Assembly: GCA_963704935.1 (NCBI GenBank)
Contig: CAVPIF010000003.1
Coordinates: 1,128,004-1,192,003 of the forward strand
Reading direction: 5' to 3'
DNA length: 64,000 bases
Origin: an uncultured Chloroflexia bacterium
GTDB lineage: Bacteria; Chloroflexota; Limnocylindria; Limnocylindrales; CSP1-4
Shown piece by piece: positions 28,488 through 37,016 of the stretch. Made by a program: the position numbers and the translations under genes. Numbering within the stretch: the stretch's first letter is position 1; every line of letters starts with the position of its first letter. A model generated the notes under the pieces. The model had not been told where the DNA came from. It saw only the letters and a program-made list of their open reading frames with translations, and ran no database searches.

Positions 28488-28728
28488 TCACACTCGCGCG
28501 AGCGTCAAGGAGGCTCCCGTCCAGTTGAGCTGTGGGGCTGCCTGGACGTGGCACGGCTGCCAAACAGCGCCAGGAGCCTTCCAACTCGCGCCCCTGGCCT
28601 TGTTCCCCGCGCGGGTCTGGTATTCCTCGGGAAGCACCTTCGAAAGCGCGCGGATGATGGCAGCCGTTGTCAGTGGGCTGACACCTGCGTAGCATAGGGC
28701 CCGACCTACCCTCGGAGACCTGCCCGCC

Positions 28729-29289
28729 ATGCCCGATCCCGCCGCCGCCGCCGAGACCCAGCTTCGCAACATCGAGGCTACGACGGGGATGAGCATCGCC
28801 GCGTTCGCGGCGATGGTCGCCGAGCGTGGCATCGACGGCCACGGGAAGATCCTCGCGTTCCTCAAGGCGGAATACGGCTTGACCCACGGGAATGCCAACC
28901 TGGTCGCCTTCAAGGTCCGCGAACTCGCCGCCGGCGGTCCCGCCCCGTCCGACGCTCTCCTCGACGCCCAGTACTCGGGTGCGAAGGCGGCGCTCCGGCC
29001 AGTCTTCGAGCGGCTTTCCGACATCGCAGCAGCCCTGGGGCCGGACGTGGAGGTCGTGGTCCAGAAGACCGCTGTAGCGTTCCGGCGGCAGCGGAACTTC
29101 GCGGTCGTCCAGGCCGCCTCCGCCAAGCGCGTCCAGCTGGGGCTCAATCTCGACGCGGCGCCCGACGACCCGCGGGTGATGGCGACGCCGGGGGCGATGT
29201 GCGCGTTCCGGGTGGACCTGACCGACACGGACAGCGTCGACTCGGATGTGACGCGATGGTTGCGTGAGGGGTACGAGCGGGCGGGCTGA
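28729..29289 (+). CDS. DUF4287 / DUF5655-type protein
   Basis: ATTGMSIAAFAAMVAERGIDGHGKILAFLKAEYGLTHGNANLVA is the DUF4287 pattern. The C-terminal half (VVQKTAVAFRRQRNFAVV) is DUF5655-like. Confidence 0.75.
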   Translation: MPDPAAAAETQLRNIEATTGMSIAAFAAMVAERGIDGHGKILAFLKAEYGLTHGNANLVAFKVRELAAGGPAPSDALLDAQYSGAKAALRPVFERLSDIAAALGPDVEVVVQKTAVAFRRQRNFAVVQAASAKRVQLGLNLDAAPDDPRVMATPGAMCAFRVDLTDTDSVDSDVTRWLREGYERAG

Positions 29290-29313
29290 GGCCCCAGCGG
29301 CAGCGTGCACCGG

Positions 29314-29382
29314 TGGGGGCATACGACGACGGCGCAGCTCTTGTGGATCCTGGCTCGGCGGCTGCCGGAGCCTGAGGGCGGA
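29314..29382 (+). pseudogene. 3' fragment of the small LuxR gene (F1)
   Basis: ..WGHTTTAQLLWILARRLPEPEGG matches only the last ~23 codons of the family. Confidence 0.65.
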
Positions 29383-29543
29383 ATGCAGGCATTCCTCGTG
29401 ACCGAGTGCGACCCGGCCGGACGCGAGCACGAGCGACGGCCGTACGCCCAGCGACACGCAGTCCTTGGGCGCCCGCGGGACGACATTGCGCCCGCGTGCC
29501 GACAGGGCGCCCGCGTGCCGCGATGACCACCGGGGTGGCTCGG

Positions 29544-30182
29544 TCAACGCACACGAGAGAAGAGGTAGGCGTACGCGGACCTCGTGTACGCGATGCCACG
29601 CCCCGTGCGTTCGACCAGCTCGGCGATGTCCTCGACAGGGATCTTCGGGACCAGGTAGGTCTGGAGGTCCTCGCTCGCGCAGCGGTAGCCGTTCTCTCGG
29701 GAGTGGATGACGCCGGCGAGCTCGTACCGCGGATCGCTCGACGCCAGGGCCACGTCGCCGTGGCTCGGGTTCGCCAGTAGCACCCCGCCGACGCGCAGGT
29801 ACCCCGTGCAGTGGCGCGACACCGGACCGGCGAAGAGCGACACGAGCAAGTCGAAGCTCTCGGCTTGGAGCGGCAGGGGGTCGGTGTAGTCGGCATGGAG
29901 GAAACGGAGGTCGGGATCGATCGCCGAGTCACCCTGCGCGGCGACGATCTCCCGCACCCCATCGGTATCGTCGAAGAACCGGGCCGCTCGCCGATCAGCG
30001 TCGACGTACGTTACCGCGGGCCACACGAACGACGCTGCGACATCGCACCATGACCCCGGGTACAGGACCGTGTCGGCATCGACCGCATCGGCCACCGTCC
30101 GGAACAACCGGTGTCGATCGCCAGGATGTCGGTCCTGTTCCGCCCACAGCGCCGCCGTCGCCTTGCGCACGGCATCGAGCAT
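29544..30182 (-). CDS. Hypothetical protein, possibly methyltransferase-fold
   Basis: ATG at 30182 (MLDAVRKATAALW). VLYPGSWCDVAASF and FDLLVSLFAG are loosely like SAM-methyltransferase motifs I and post-I. The assignment is weak. Confidence 0.5.
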   Translation of the reverse strand: MLDAVRKATAALWAEQDRHPGDRHRLFRTVADAVDADTVLYPGSWCDVAASFVWPAVTYVDADRRAARFFDDTDGVREIVAAQGDSAIDPDLRFLHADYTDPLPLQAESFDLLVSLFAGPVSRHCTGYLRVGGVLLANPSHGDVALASSDPRYELAGVIHSRENGYRCASEDLQTYLVPKIPVEDIAELVERTGRGIAYTRSAYAYLFSRVR

Positions 30183-30223
30183 ACCGACCAGAGCACCGCC
30201 TCGGACGAGCTTCCCGGGCGGCC

Positions 30224-30338
30224 GCCGCACTCGACGGTGCAGCACCATCTGGCTAGCGCGCGCTCGAAGGTCGGCGCGGAGACGACGGCGCAGTTGGTGT
30301 GGATCCTGGCGCCGCGGCTGCCCGAGCCTGAGGGCGGT
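30224..30338 (+). pseudogene. 3' half of the small LuxR gene (F2)
   Basis: HSTVQHHLASARSKVGAETTAQLVWILAPRLPEPEGG. The N-terminal ~35 codons are absent. Confidence 0.7.
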
Positions 30339-30386
30339 GTCGATGCGGCGGAATCGTCGATGTATGCAACGACCCGACGGGCATTG

Positions 30387-30788
30387 TCAGCGCGAAGGCC
30401 CGCTTGGATGCCCTGCCCGTGCGCGGGACTCGTAGGTCGCCCGGATGGTCGGGTCGAGGAGATCCGGTGTGAGCCGGTCCAGCTGCGAGTCCCGGAATCG
30501 GAGACAGTTCTTGCCGCGGTCGAGCCCTGCCACCAGTTCGCCGAGATCATCCCGCGCGTCGAGTAGTCCGTCGAGGCCCACGACATAGAGACTCAGGTGG
30601 TGGCGCTGGCTGGCGACGGCGATGTAAGGCTCGCCGGCGAGGGTATAGAAGGGCATCCCGTGCTGGAACGACGGCTCCGCACCCGGGGAGAGCGCCAGGG
30701 TCCGGGCGTCGACGAGCTTGAGGGCCGGTCGACGGGCCTCTGGCGCCGCATCCCGGTATTCGGAAATGCTGTTGGCTTCGAGCTTCAT
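30387..30788 (-). CDS. DUF1801 (YdhG-like) domain protein
   Basis: ISEYRDAAPEARRPALKLV..GMPFYTLAGEPYIAVASQRHHLSLYV. The ATG at 30788 overlaps the MerR gene stop (ATGA). Confidence 0.75.
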   Translation of the reverse strand: MKLEANSISEYRDAAPEARRPALKLVDARTLALSPGAEPSFQHGMPFYTLAGEPYIAVASQRHHLSLYVVGLDGLLDARDDLGELVAGLDRGKNCLRFRDSQLDRLTPDLLDPTIRATYESRARAGHPSGPSR

Positions 30789-31618
30789 GCGTGGCTCCTC
30801 GTGCGGCGGACCGGCCACAGGACGTCAACTTCGAGGCCCGACGGGCCGGCCGCCGTCGGGTCGTTGCGGAAGATCTCCCGGGGCGGCCCGGCTGGCTGCA
30901 ATCCGTGGGCGGCCGACCAGGCTCCGAGGACGTGGTACGCCGCGGCGATCTCCCCGATGGGTCCGCGGTGACGTGTCTGAATGACATGGACGCCCGGTAG
31001 GGTCCTGCCTCGAATCTCGACAAGGTCCAAGTCGGGCCCACGAACGGGAATGGCGACCTCCAGATCGCCATCGGTCGCCTCGTCGATCACCGCGTGCAGC
31101 ACGAGCATGGGGTCGGCGGCCGGGGTCACGTCGGCATCCGCAAGCAGCGCCGCGAGGGATCCAAAGGCCTCTGCCACATCGGAGTCGACGGACCGGTGCG
31201 AGGTCCGGAAGCGGATCGCGGCGACGGGCTGGGGTGAGAGCCGCTGCTCGATCACCAGCTGCGCGGGGAAGGGATCGTCCTGCGTCACGAGCGTCTGGAG
31301 GCGCCGGACTCGCTCCCGTTGGACCTGCATGTCCGCCTCGAGCCTGGCTAGGTGGGTCTCGAGCCGGGCCAGAACTGCCTCTCGATCGGCCCGGTCGCCA
31401 AGGATCTCGCCGACCACCGCGAGTGGGACGCCGAGCTCACGCAGGAGCCGGATCGTCTCGGCGTCCCGGACTTGCTCAAGCGTGTAGCGCCGGTAGCCAG
31501 TAGCCGGATCGACATAGGTCGGGCGCAGCAGCCCGAGCGCGTCATACCTCCGCAGCGAACGTACCGAAAGCCGGACGAGTCGCGAGAAGCGCCCGATTGT
31601 GAACAGCGCAGTCATCAC
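30785..31618 (-). CDS. MerR-family regulator with GyrI-like effector-binding domain
   Basis: FTIGRFSRLVRLSVRSLRRYDALGLLRPTYVDPATGYRRY (MerR HTH), a coiled linker, and a C-terminal GyrI-like domain (IRFRTSH..PREIF). Confidence 0.9.
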   Translation of the reverse strand: MMTALFTIGRFSRLVRLSVRSLRRYDALGLLRPTYVDPATGYRRYTLEQVRDAETIRLLRELGVPLAVVGEILGDRADREAVLARLETHLARLEADMQVQRERVRRLQTLVTQDDPFPAQLVIEQRLSPQPVAAIRFRTSHRSVDSDVAEAFGSLAALLADADVTPAADPMLVLHAVIDEATDGDLEVAIPVRGPDLDLVEIRGRTLPGVHVIQTRHRGPIGEIAAAYHVLGAWSAAHGLQPAGPPREIFRNDPTAAGPSGLEVDVLWPVRRTRSHA

Positions 31619-31709
31619 CCACCCATGGTGCAGTCTCCCCCGGAGGGAGAGTCAAGCTCTGCGATCGCGGAAGCGATTCCGCGGGGCCGCACTACCTGCC
31701 ACGCACGGC

Positions 31710-31846
31710 CATGGCCCAATCGGCCAGCTAGAAACCGCAGCCCGCCGCCCGCACCCTTGGGGCATGACGGCGCGCCGGTCTGATCCACATCGACTCCCGG
31801 TTTCCCCCACCGTGTACGTCCGCGCCGTCAACACCGTGGAGGCCCG
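31710..31846 (+). repeat. Junction block copy P_d preceding lysis cassette 2
   Basis: CATGGCCCAATCGGCCAGCTAGAAACCGCAG..CCCTTGGGGCATGACGGCGCGCCGGTCTGATCCACATCGACTCC... Carries the 28-codon leader ORF from 31764. Confidence 0.75.
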
Positions 31847-31972
31847 ATGAGCGGGGCCGAGCTCGTCGCGGCGTTCCTCGCCGGCGTCGGCATGGGCGTC
31901 GCCCTCGACCGCTGGCTCCTGCCGTCCCTCGTCGATGCCTGGATCGACCGACTGCGCCGGCATGGGCAATGA
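31847..31972 (+). CDS. Lysis cassette 2, gene 1: 41-aa single-TM peptide
   Basis: MSGAELVAAFLAGVGMGVALDRWLLPSLVDAWIDRLRRHGQ, paralogue of 20650..20775. Confidence 0.55.
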   Translation: MSGAELVAAFLAGVGMGVALDRWLLPSLVDAWIDRLRRHGQ

Positions 31973-32192
31973 GCCTCTCGACGACGCACCCGAGCGCGTC
32001 CGGGCCGATGCCTACAGCTCAGCCCGGATCGGGGCCGCGGCCGCATTCACGCTCGTCCTGGTCGTGCTGCTCGTCCTCGATGTCGTCGTCCCGGGGTATG
32101 ACGTCAGCCCTGGGACCCTCCTCCCCCTTCTCGGCGCGATCCTCGCGCTCCTGGGGCTCGAGGCCGGTTCGCTCTGGAGGGGCGTGAGGTGA
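31962..32192 (+). CDS. Lysis cassette 2, gene 2: two-TM holin-like protein
   Basis: MGNEPLDDAPER..IGAAAAFTLVLVVLLVLDVVVPGYDVSPGTLLPLLGAILALLGLEAGSLWRGVR. Confidence 0.6.
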   Translation: MGNEPLDDAPERVRADAYSSARIGAAAAFTLVLVVLLVLDVVVPGYDVSPGTLLPLLGAILALLGLEAGSLWRGVR

Positions 32193-32953
32193 CCACCGTC
32201 ACAGCGCTCCTGACCAACAAGGCCTACGGCTACCCGACCCGTGGGGCCGGGCGGCGGGTCACGGCACCGATCCTCGCCTGCATCCACATCACCGGCAACC
32301 GCCGGACGGCCGCGAACCCCGACCGGCACCAGGCGGCGCGCGACGAGCGCAACTACGCGAACCGTGCGGGCTCGAACGGCCCGTCCGCCCACTACTACGT
32401 CGCCCGCGACGGCTGGGCGATCGAGGCCATCGACCCGGCCAAGCACGCGGCCTGGTCGAACGGCGACGTCGCGAGCCCGAACACGGCGAACGCCGGGGTG
32501 GCGAAGGTGCTCGCACTGCGCTCAGGGGGCTACAACGCCAACGAGGCGTACTGGCTCGAGTTCGAGTGCGTCGGCTATGGCTCGACGTACCCGATCACGA
32601 AGGCACAGCAGCAGTTCTGCGCCACCCGGATCGCCGTGATGGCGAAGGCGACGGGGCTGCCGGTGAACCGCGACACGGTCCATGGCCACAGCGACATAAA
32701 CAGCGTCAACCGGGCGTCCTGCCCCTGCCCCAAGGCGGGCCGCGAGGCGTTCCTCGGCGCTGTCATCGCCCGCGCCAACGCGATCCTTCGGCCACCGATC
32801 ACCACGGTCACCGTGAAGTCGGGCGACAGCCTGTCCGCGATCGCCGCCGCGCACGGCCTGACGCTCAAGGCCCTCCTGGCCTTCCCGGAGAACGCCAAGT
32901 ACCGGGCCAAGCCCGGACTCATCCACCCGGGCGACATCGTGCGCGTGAAGTGA
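32189..32953 (+). CDS. Lysis cassette 2, gene 3: Amidase_2 + LysM endolysin
   Basis: The GTG start overlaps the previous stop. ILACIHITGN..GPSAHYYVARDGWAIEAIDP..AAWSNGDV..VHGHSDI. The C-terminal LysM domain is nearly identical to copy 1, while the catalytic middle is strongly diverged. Confidence 0.9.
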   Translation: MTTVTALLTNKAYGYPTRGAGRRVTAPILACIHITGNRRTAANPDRHQAARDERNYANRAGSNGPSAHYYVARDGWAIEAIDPAKHAAWSNGDVASPNTANAGVAKVLALRSGGYNANEAYWLEFECVGYGSTYPITKAQQQFCATRIAVMAKATGLPVNRDTVHGHSDINSVNRASCPCPKAGREAFLGAVIARANAILRPPITTVTVKSGDSLSAIAAAHGLTLKALLAFPENAKYRAKPGLIHPGDIVRVK

Positions 32954-32964
32954 CAGGAGAAGCC

Positions 32965-33150
32965 ATGGACACCGAGCCCGGCACGATCTGGGGCCGGGAG
33001 CCGACGATGCTGCTCGCCCTCGTCCAGGCGGTCATCGCGCTGGTCGTCGCGTTCGGCCTCAACCTCGCGCCCGACCAGATCGGCGCGATCCTCGCGGTCA
33101 CCGCGGTGATCCTCGGGCTCGTCACCCGCAGCCGGGTGAGCCCCGCGTGA
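32965..33150 (+). CDS. Lysis cassette 2, gene 4: 61-aa two-TM protein
   Basis: MDTEPGTIWGREPTMLLALVQAVIALVVAFGLNLAPDQIGAILAVTAVILGLVTRSRVSPA. AGGAGA lies upstream of the ATG. Confidence 0.6.
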   Translation: MDTEPGTIWGREPTMLLALVQAVIALVVAFGLNLAPDQIGAILAVTAVILGLVTRSRVSPA

Positions 33151-33395
33151 GGGACGGTCACCTGCGCGGGACGCTCCCGCGGACGCCGACCGCTCGCCAG
33201 GTCGATGTCCTCGCCGCCTTCGTCGCTGCCGGCGGGTCGGTTGCCGGCGCGGCGGCTCGTGTCGGCGTCCGGCCGAGCACGGCGAAGCGCCACCTCGCGG
33301 ACCTGCGGGCGCGGTCCGGCCTCACCACCGAGCAACTGATCTACCGCGGGAGGGCGGAGGGTTGGCTTGTGGTGGCGGGGCTGGAGCCGGGCTGA
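33147..33395 (+). CDS. Lysis cassette 2, gene 5: LuxR/GerE-type HTH protein (cassette-type)
   Basis: ..TARQVDVLAAFVAAGGSVAGAAARVGVRPSTAKRHLADLRARSGLTTEQLIY. The GTG overlaps the previous stop. Confidence 0.8.
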   Translation: MRDGHLRGTLPRTPTARQVDVLAAFVAAGGSVAGAAARVGVRPSTAKRHLADLRARSGLTTEQLIYRGRAEGWLVVAGLEPG

Positions 33396-33402
33396 GCCGC
33401 TC

Positions 33403-33873
33403 CTAGGCTTGGGCGCGCTCGGCGGGCCTGAAGAAGCGCCCGAGGTCGATGAGCAGCGCGAGGGCGGCAATCGCGGCAACGACGGGACCTGAGATCATCG
33501 GCGGCGGGAGGGGCTGACCGGGCGCCAAGCCATAGGCGAGGCCCAGCACGAGCGAGCTGAGCGCCCATACCGGCAGGCCCCACATCGCGATCCACGCCCA
33601 GCGGCGACCGCCCCGGTAGGGAATGACCACGATGACGCTGAACAGGACGCCGAGCAGCGCCAGCGTCGGGCCCCCGGCGCGCGCGCCGTAGTCGATCATC
33701 CGGTAGGCCGCGGGGCTGGCGGCTTCGAGCTCGGCGGTCGTCAGTCCGGTGACCCCGAGCGGGATCGTGGGATCGAAGGCGACGCCAATCAGCGTGTCGC
33801 CGATGCCGAACAGCGCGACGACCACCCCGAGTGCCAGGAGGACCCACCAGGCCCGCCGCCGCACAGCGTTCAC
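33403..33873 (-). CDS. Hypothetical four-TM membrane protein
   Basis: 156-aa ORF, RRRAWWVLLALGVVVALFG.., with four hydrophobic helices. Confidence 0.6.
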   Translation of the reverse strand: MNAVRRRAWWVLLALGVVVALFGIGDTLIGVAFDPTIPLGVTGLTTAELEAASPAAYRMIDYGARAGGPTLALLGVLFSVIVVIPYRGGRRWAWIAMWGLPVWALSSLVLGLAYGLAPGQPLPPPMISGPVVAAIAALALLIDLGRFFRPAERAQA

Positions 33874-33928
33874 GGGGCGACCGGCAGGCGGAGGCGAACA
33901 GGGGCAGCAAGGGCACGAACCTGGGTGG

Positions 33929-34747
33929 TCACTGGGTGGTCACCGCTAGCGTCCCCTCCATGCCCGGCCGATGCCCAGGGATCGCGCACCAGTACGTGTA
34001 GGATCCGGCGGCCGCAAGGTTCAGCACAACCGCGACCGTTGAGTTGCCCGGCACGGGCCACGACAGGTGCTGGCCACCGAGCTCGATGTCGAAGGTGTGG
34101 GCCCCGGCTCCGGGATTGACGACGTAGATCGTCCCCGGACCGGTCACCAGCCGTAGGCTCTTCTGCGTGAACGTCGCCGCGGTGGCGTCCAGCTCCACGG
34201 GAGCCTGGCCAGGGGCGCTGAGCACGCCATTGACAACGCCGAGACCGGGGGATCCCTGCAGGGCATCGAAGCCGCGCAGCGAGACGTAGCTCGTGCCGAT
34301 CAGCATGCCCAGGGCGAGGATCGCCAGCGCTTCCCCAATGGGAGCTCGCAGCGCTCGGACGATGGGCTCGCCGCGTCGCAGCTCCAGGAATGCGGCGAAC
34401 CCGGCGATCGCACCGGCGACGCCAACGACGATGGCGATGATGTCGGTCCAGGCGTGGCTCGTGGATACGGGATCGACCAGCGCGTCCGTGACGAACGGGA
34501 GGTTCATGGCCACGAAGGCAAGCAGCAGGATGCCGCCCGCCAGGAACACGCGCCGACCAGGGCGGGCAAGTCCCAGCGCCGCAACGACGGCGAGGATCAC
34601 CCCGAACACAACGAGCGCCGGCTCGATCCCGATGCTGCTCACGACCGCGACCAGAACCAGGGTCTCGATCGCGGCGGCGAACGGCATCAGCCACATCGCG
34701 GTGCTTCTCGTGCCACGCGCGGCGGCCAGGTTCCGTGGTGAGGTCAT
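33929..34747 (-). CDS. Membrane-anchored cupredoxin (type-1 copper) domain protein
   Basis: ~5 N-terminal TM helices, then a C-terminal domain ending YTYWCAIPGHRPGMEGTLAV (the Cys-x2-Pro-Gly-His-x3-Gly-Met copper site). Confidence 0.8.
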   Translation of the reverse strand: MTSPRNLAAARGTRSTAMWLMPFAAAIETLVLVAVVSSIGIEPALVVFGVILAVVAALGLARPGRRVFLAGGILLLAFVAMNLPFVTDALVDPVSTSHAWTDIIAIVVGVAGAIAGFAAFLELRRGEPIVRALRAPIGEALAILALGMLIGTSYVSLRGFDALQGSPGLGVVNGVLSAPGQAPVELDATAATFTQKSLRLVTGPGTIYVVNPGAGAHTFDIELGGQHLSWPVPGNSTVAVVLNLAAAGSYTYWCAIPGHRPGMEGTLAVTTQ

Positions 34748-34770
34748 CGGGGGACGCAGCCTCGCTAGAT

Positions 34771-34797
34771 GTCACACTAGTCTTGTCACTAGTGAGT
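34771..34797. promoter_or_regulatory. Twin ACTAGT palindromes in the cupredoxin/TetR divergent intergenic region (candidate TetR operator)
   Basis: GTCACACTAGTCTTGTCACTAGTGAGT, with TCACTAGTGA a perfect 10-bp palindrome. It lies 25 nt upstream of the TetR ATG. Confidence 0.45.
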
Positions 34798-34821
34798 GAG
34801 ATAGGTAGAGTGAACCGCGTC

Positions 34822-35466
34822 ATGTCCGCTGTCAAGCCCTCCCGCGCGCCCAAGCCCACCCGACGCGAACGCGCTCAGGCGACCAGGATCCGGATCACCA
34901 AGGTCGCCTACAGGCTGTTCAGCGAGCGCGGATACGCCGAGACAACGATGGCCGAGATCGCCGAGGCGGCCGGCGTCGCCGTCCAGACCGTCTACTTCAC
35001 GTTCCACACCAAGGGCGAGTTGCTCAGCCGTGCCTTCGACTTCGCCGTCCTGGGCGAGGATGGACCGCTTCCGCCGGAAGAGCAGGATTGGTACGCGCGG
35101 ATGACCGCCGAGCCCGACCTTGTCGTGGCGCTCCGCCACCTGGTCACCGGCGTTGGCACGATCAACGTTCGGGCGACGCCGCTCGACACCGTTGTTCGGG
35201 CGAGCGCCGAGAGTGATCCCGACACGGCGCGGGTCTGGGCATTCCACGAGCGGCTACGCGCTGACGCGCACCGGGCCATCCTCGAGATCCTCGTTGCAAA
35301 GGCGCCGCTCCGTGACGGCATGACACCGGAGCGCGCAACGCACCTGCTCCTGTTCTACCTCGGCTCCGATGCCTACCGGCCGCTCGTCCGTGACTTCGGC
35401 TGGACGCACGAGGAGTGGGTCGACTGGACCATCGCGACCATCGCCGACCAACTCTTCGCCAGCTGA
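34822..35466 (+). CDS. TetR-family transcriptional regulator
   Basis: TRIRITKVAYRLFSERGYAETTMAEIAEAAGVAVQTVYFTFHTKGELL. Confidence 0.9.
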   Translation: MSAVKPSRAPKPTRRERAQATRIRITKVAYRLFSERGYAETTMAEIAEAAGVAVQTVYFTFHTKGELLSRAFDFAVLGEDGPLPPEEQDWYARMTAEPDLVVALRHLVTGVGTINVRATPLDTVVRASAESDPDTARVWAFHERLRADAHRAILEILVAKAPLRDGMTPERATHLLLFYLGSDAYRPLVRDFGWTHEEWVDWTIATIADQLFAS

Positions 35467-35474
35467 ACGGGCCG

Positions 35475-36158
35475 ATGACCCTGACAGCGGTTCAGGCGCC
35501 GCCTCGACCGACACGCCCGAAGCTCGTCGTCCCGGGCGCCGTGGCTGGGGCAGTGGCGCCGCTCACGTTCGCCGCCGCCCACGCCCTCCTGATCAGCGAC
35601 ATCTGGTATTCGGCGGTGGGGATGATGATCGCCGGGGCAGCGTGTGGCGCCACGATCGGATGGTCCTACGGACGCCTGTTCGATCCATCGATCCGAACCT
35701 GGCTGGGCTACAACGCCAGCTACGTCATCGCGCTCGCGGTGCTCGCGTTGGCGTCGGTGGCAGCATTCGAGCCCAGGATGACCATGGCAGAGTTGCTCAC
35801 CACGGACGGCCCGCCGAGCGATCTCATTGGCGCTGCCTTGCCCATGACCATCCTGTTTACGCTCGGCGCCGCGGCGACCCTGAGCGTCCTGTTCGATCGG
35901 ACGCTGGCGGGGTTCGGCGCGATCTTCGTCACCTGCTCGGTGCTGGTCGCGCTCCTTGGGCTGAACGTCTCGGTCATCGGCCTGATCCAGATCCCGACGA
36001 ACTCGCTCTACCTGGTGGCCGAGCTGTTCGGCCTGATCGTCGTCCTAGCCGGGTCGTTCGCGGCGGTCGTCATCGCGCTCGCGTGGAAGCAGTTCGGCGC
36101 TCGCTCCGACGTGCCTGAGCGGCGCATGGACGATTGGTCGGAGGCCGGCCACTCGTAG
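35475..36158 (+). CDS. Hypothetical six-TM membrane protein (downstream of TetR)
   Basis: ATG at 35475 (MTLTAVQAPP..), followed by six hydrophobic helices. Confidence 0.7.
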   Translation: MTLTAVQAPPRPTRPKLVVPGAVAGAVAPLTFAAAHALLISDIWYSAVGMMIAGAACGATIGWSYGRLFDPSIRTWLGYNASYVIALAVLALASVAAFEPRMTMAELLTTDGPPSDLIGAALPMTILFTLGAAATLSVLFDRTLAGFGAIFVTCSVLVALLGLNVSVIGLIQIPTNSLYLVAELFGLIVVLAGSFAAVVIALAWKQFGARSDVPERRMDDWSEAGHS

Positions 36159-36224
36159 CTGGTCCCGCAGGCGTAGCACCGCAAGCGAATAGACCGCGCC
36201 CGCCTTCCAGCCGACGATTCGCGG

Positions 36225-36668
36225 GTGAAGCTGTGCACGGTCTGCGGTGTCGCCACCAGCCGCACTGGTAGCCGCTGCGCCGAGCACGCACGGCAGTCCA
36301 ACCGCAGCAGGCACAACGCCCTGTACAGCACGCGGGCATGGCAGCGTCTCAGCGCCCGCGTGCTGCTGGCGTGGCGTGGTGAGCACGGCAATTGGTGCCC
36401 GGGCTATCAGCGTCCAGCCCACCGCGCTGCCGACCTCACCGTCGACCACGTCGTGTCGCTCGCCGCTGGCGGTGCGCCGTTCGACATCGCCAACACCGCG
36501 GTGCTATGCCGCTCCTGCAACTCGACGAAGGGTGCGTCAGTCGACGCGGACCGGGGTGGGGTAACCCATATGGGGCCACGGCTGAACGCTGACCGCGCCG
36601 CGCGACCGTGTGCACGCGGCCGGGTTTCGCCCGTTATGGGGGGTTTTCGCCAGTGGGGTGGTGCATGA
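36225..36668 (+). CDS. HNH endonuclease (phage-type), copy 2
   Basis: Paralogue of 24930..25373 with the same CxxC/DH/N/CxxCN layout. By eye ~90 percent nucleotide identity. Confidence 0.85.
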   Translation: MKLCTVCGVATSRTGSRCAEHARQSNRSRHNALYSTRAWQRLSARVLLAWRGEHGNWCPGYQRPAHRAADLTVDHVVSLAAGGAPFDIANTAVLCRSCNSTKGASVDADRGGVTHMGPRLNADRAARPCARGRVSPVMGGFRQWGGA

Positions 36669-36964
36669 GCGCTGACGCCGAGGCTGTCGCTGCGTCGGCG
36701 ACGATCGCCCTCCGCGCGAGCCTCGCGCCGCCGCGCCACTGCCCGGCCTGCGGCGCCAAGCTCCCGTATCTCGGTGGGCGGGGCAGGCCGCGCCGGTGGT
36801 GCGACGCCCATCATCCGCGTCCCTCGCGGCTTCGACCGCGGGCGTCCCAGGGCTCCGGCGTGCCCGCGGCCACGCTCGCGAGGGCGTGCGCGCGGAGATC
36901 CCGCCCCGCGATCTCGCTGACTGTCCGCCCGTGGGCGCCCACGTCGGCCGACGTGGCGCAATGA
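36665..36964 (+). CDS. Possible small zinc-ribbon protein, copy 2 (doubtful)
   Basis: MSADAEAVAASATIALRASLAPPRHCPACGAKLPYLGGRGRPRRWC... The C-terminal frame differs from copy 1. Confidence 0.3.
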   Translation: MSADAEAVAASATIALRASLAPPRHCPACGAKLPYLGGRGRPRRWCDAHHPRPSRLRPRASQGSGVPAATLARACARRSRPAISLTVRPWAPTSADVAQ

Positions 36965-37016
36965 ACTCGAGGGTGGCATGGACGCGACCCGACCCAGATA
37001 GTGGCCCGGGGCTGCC

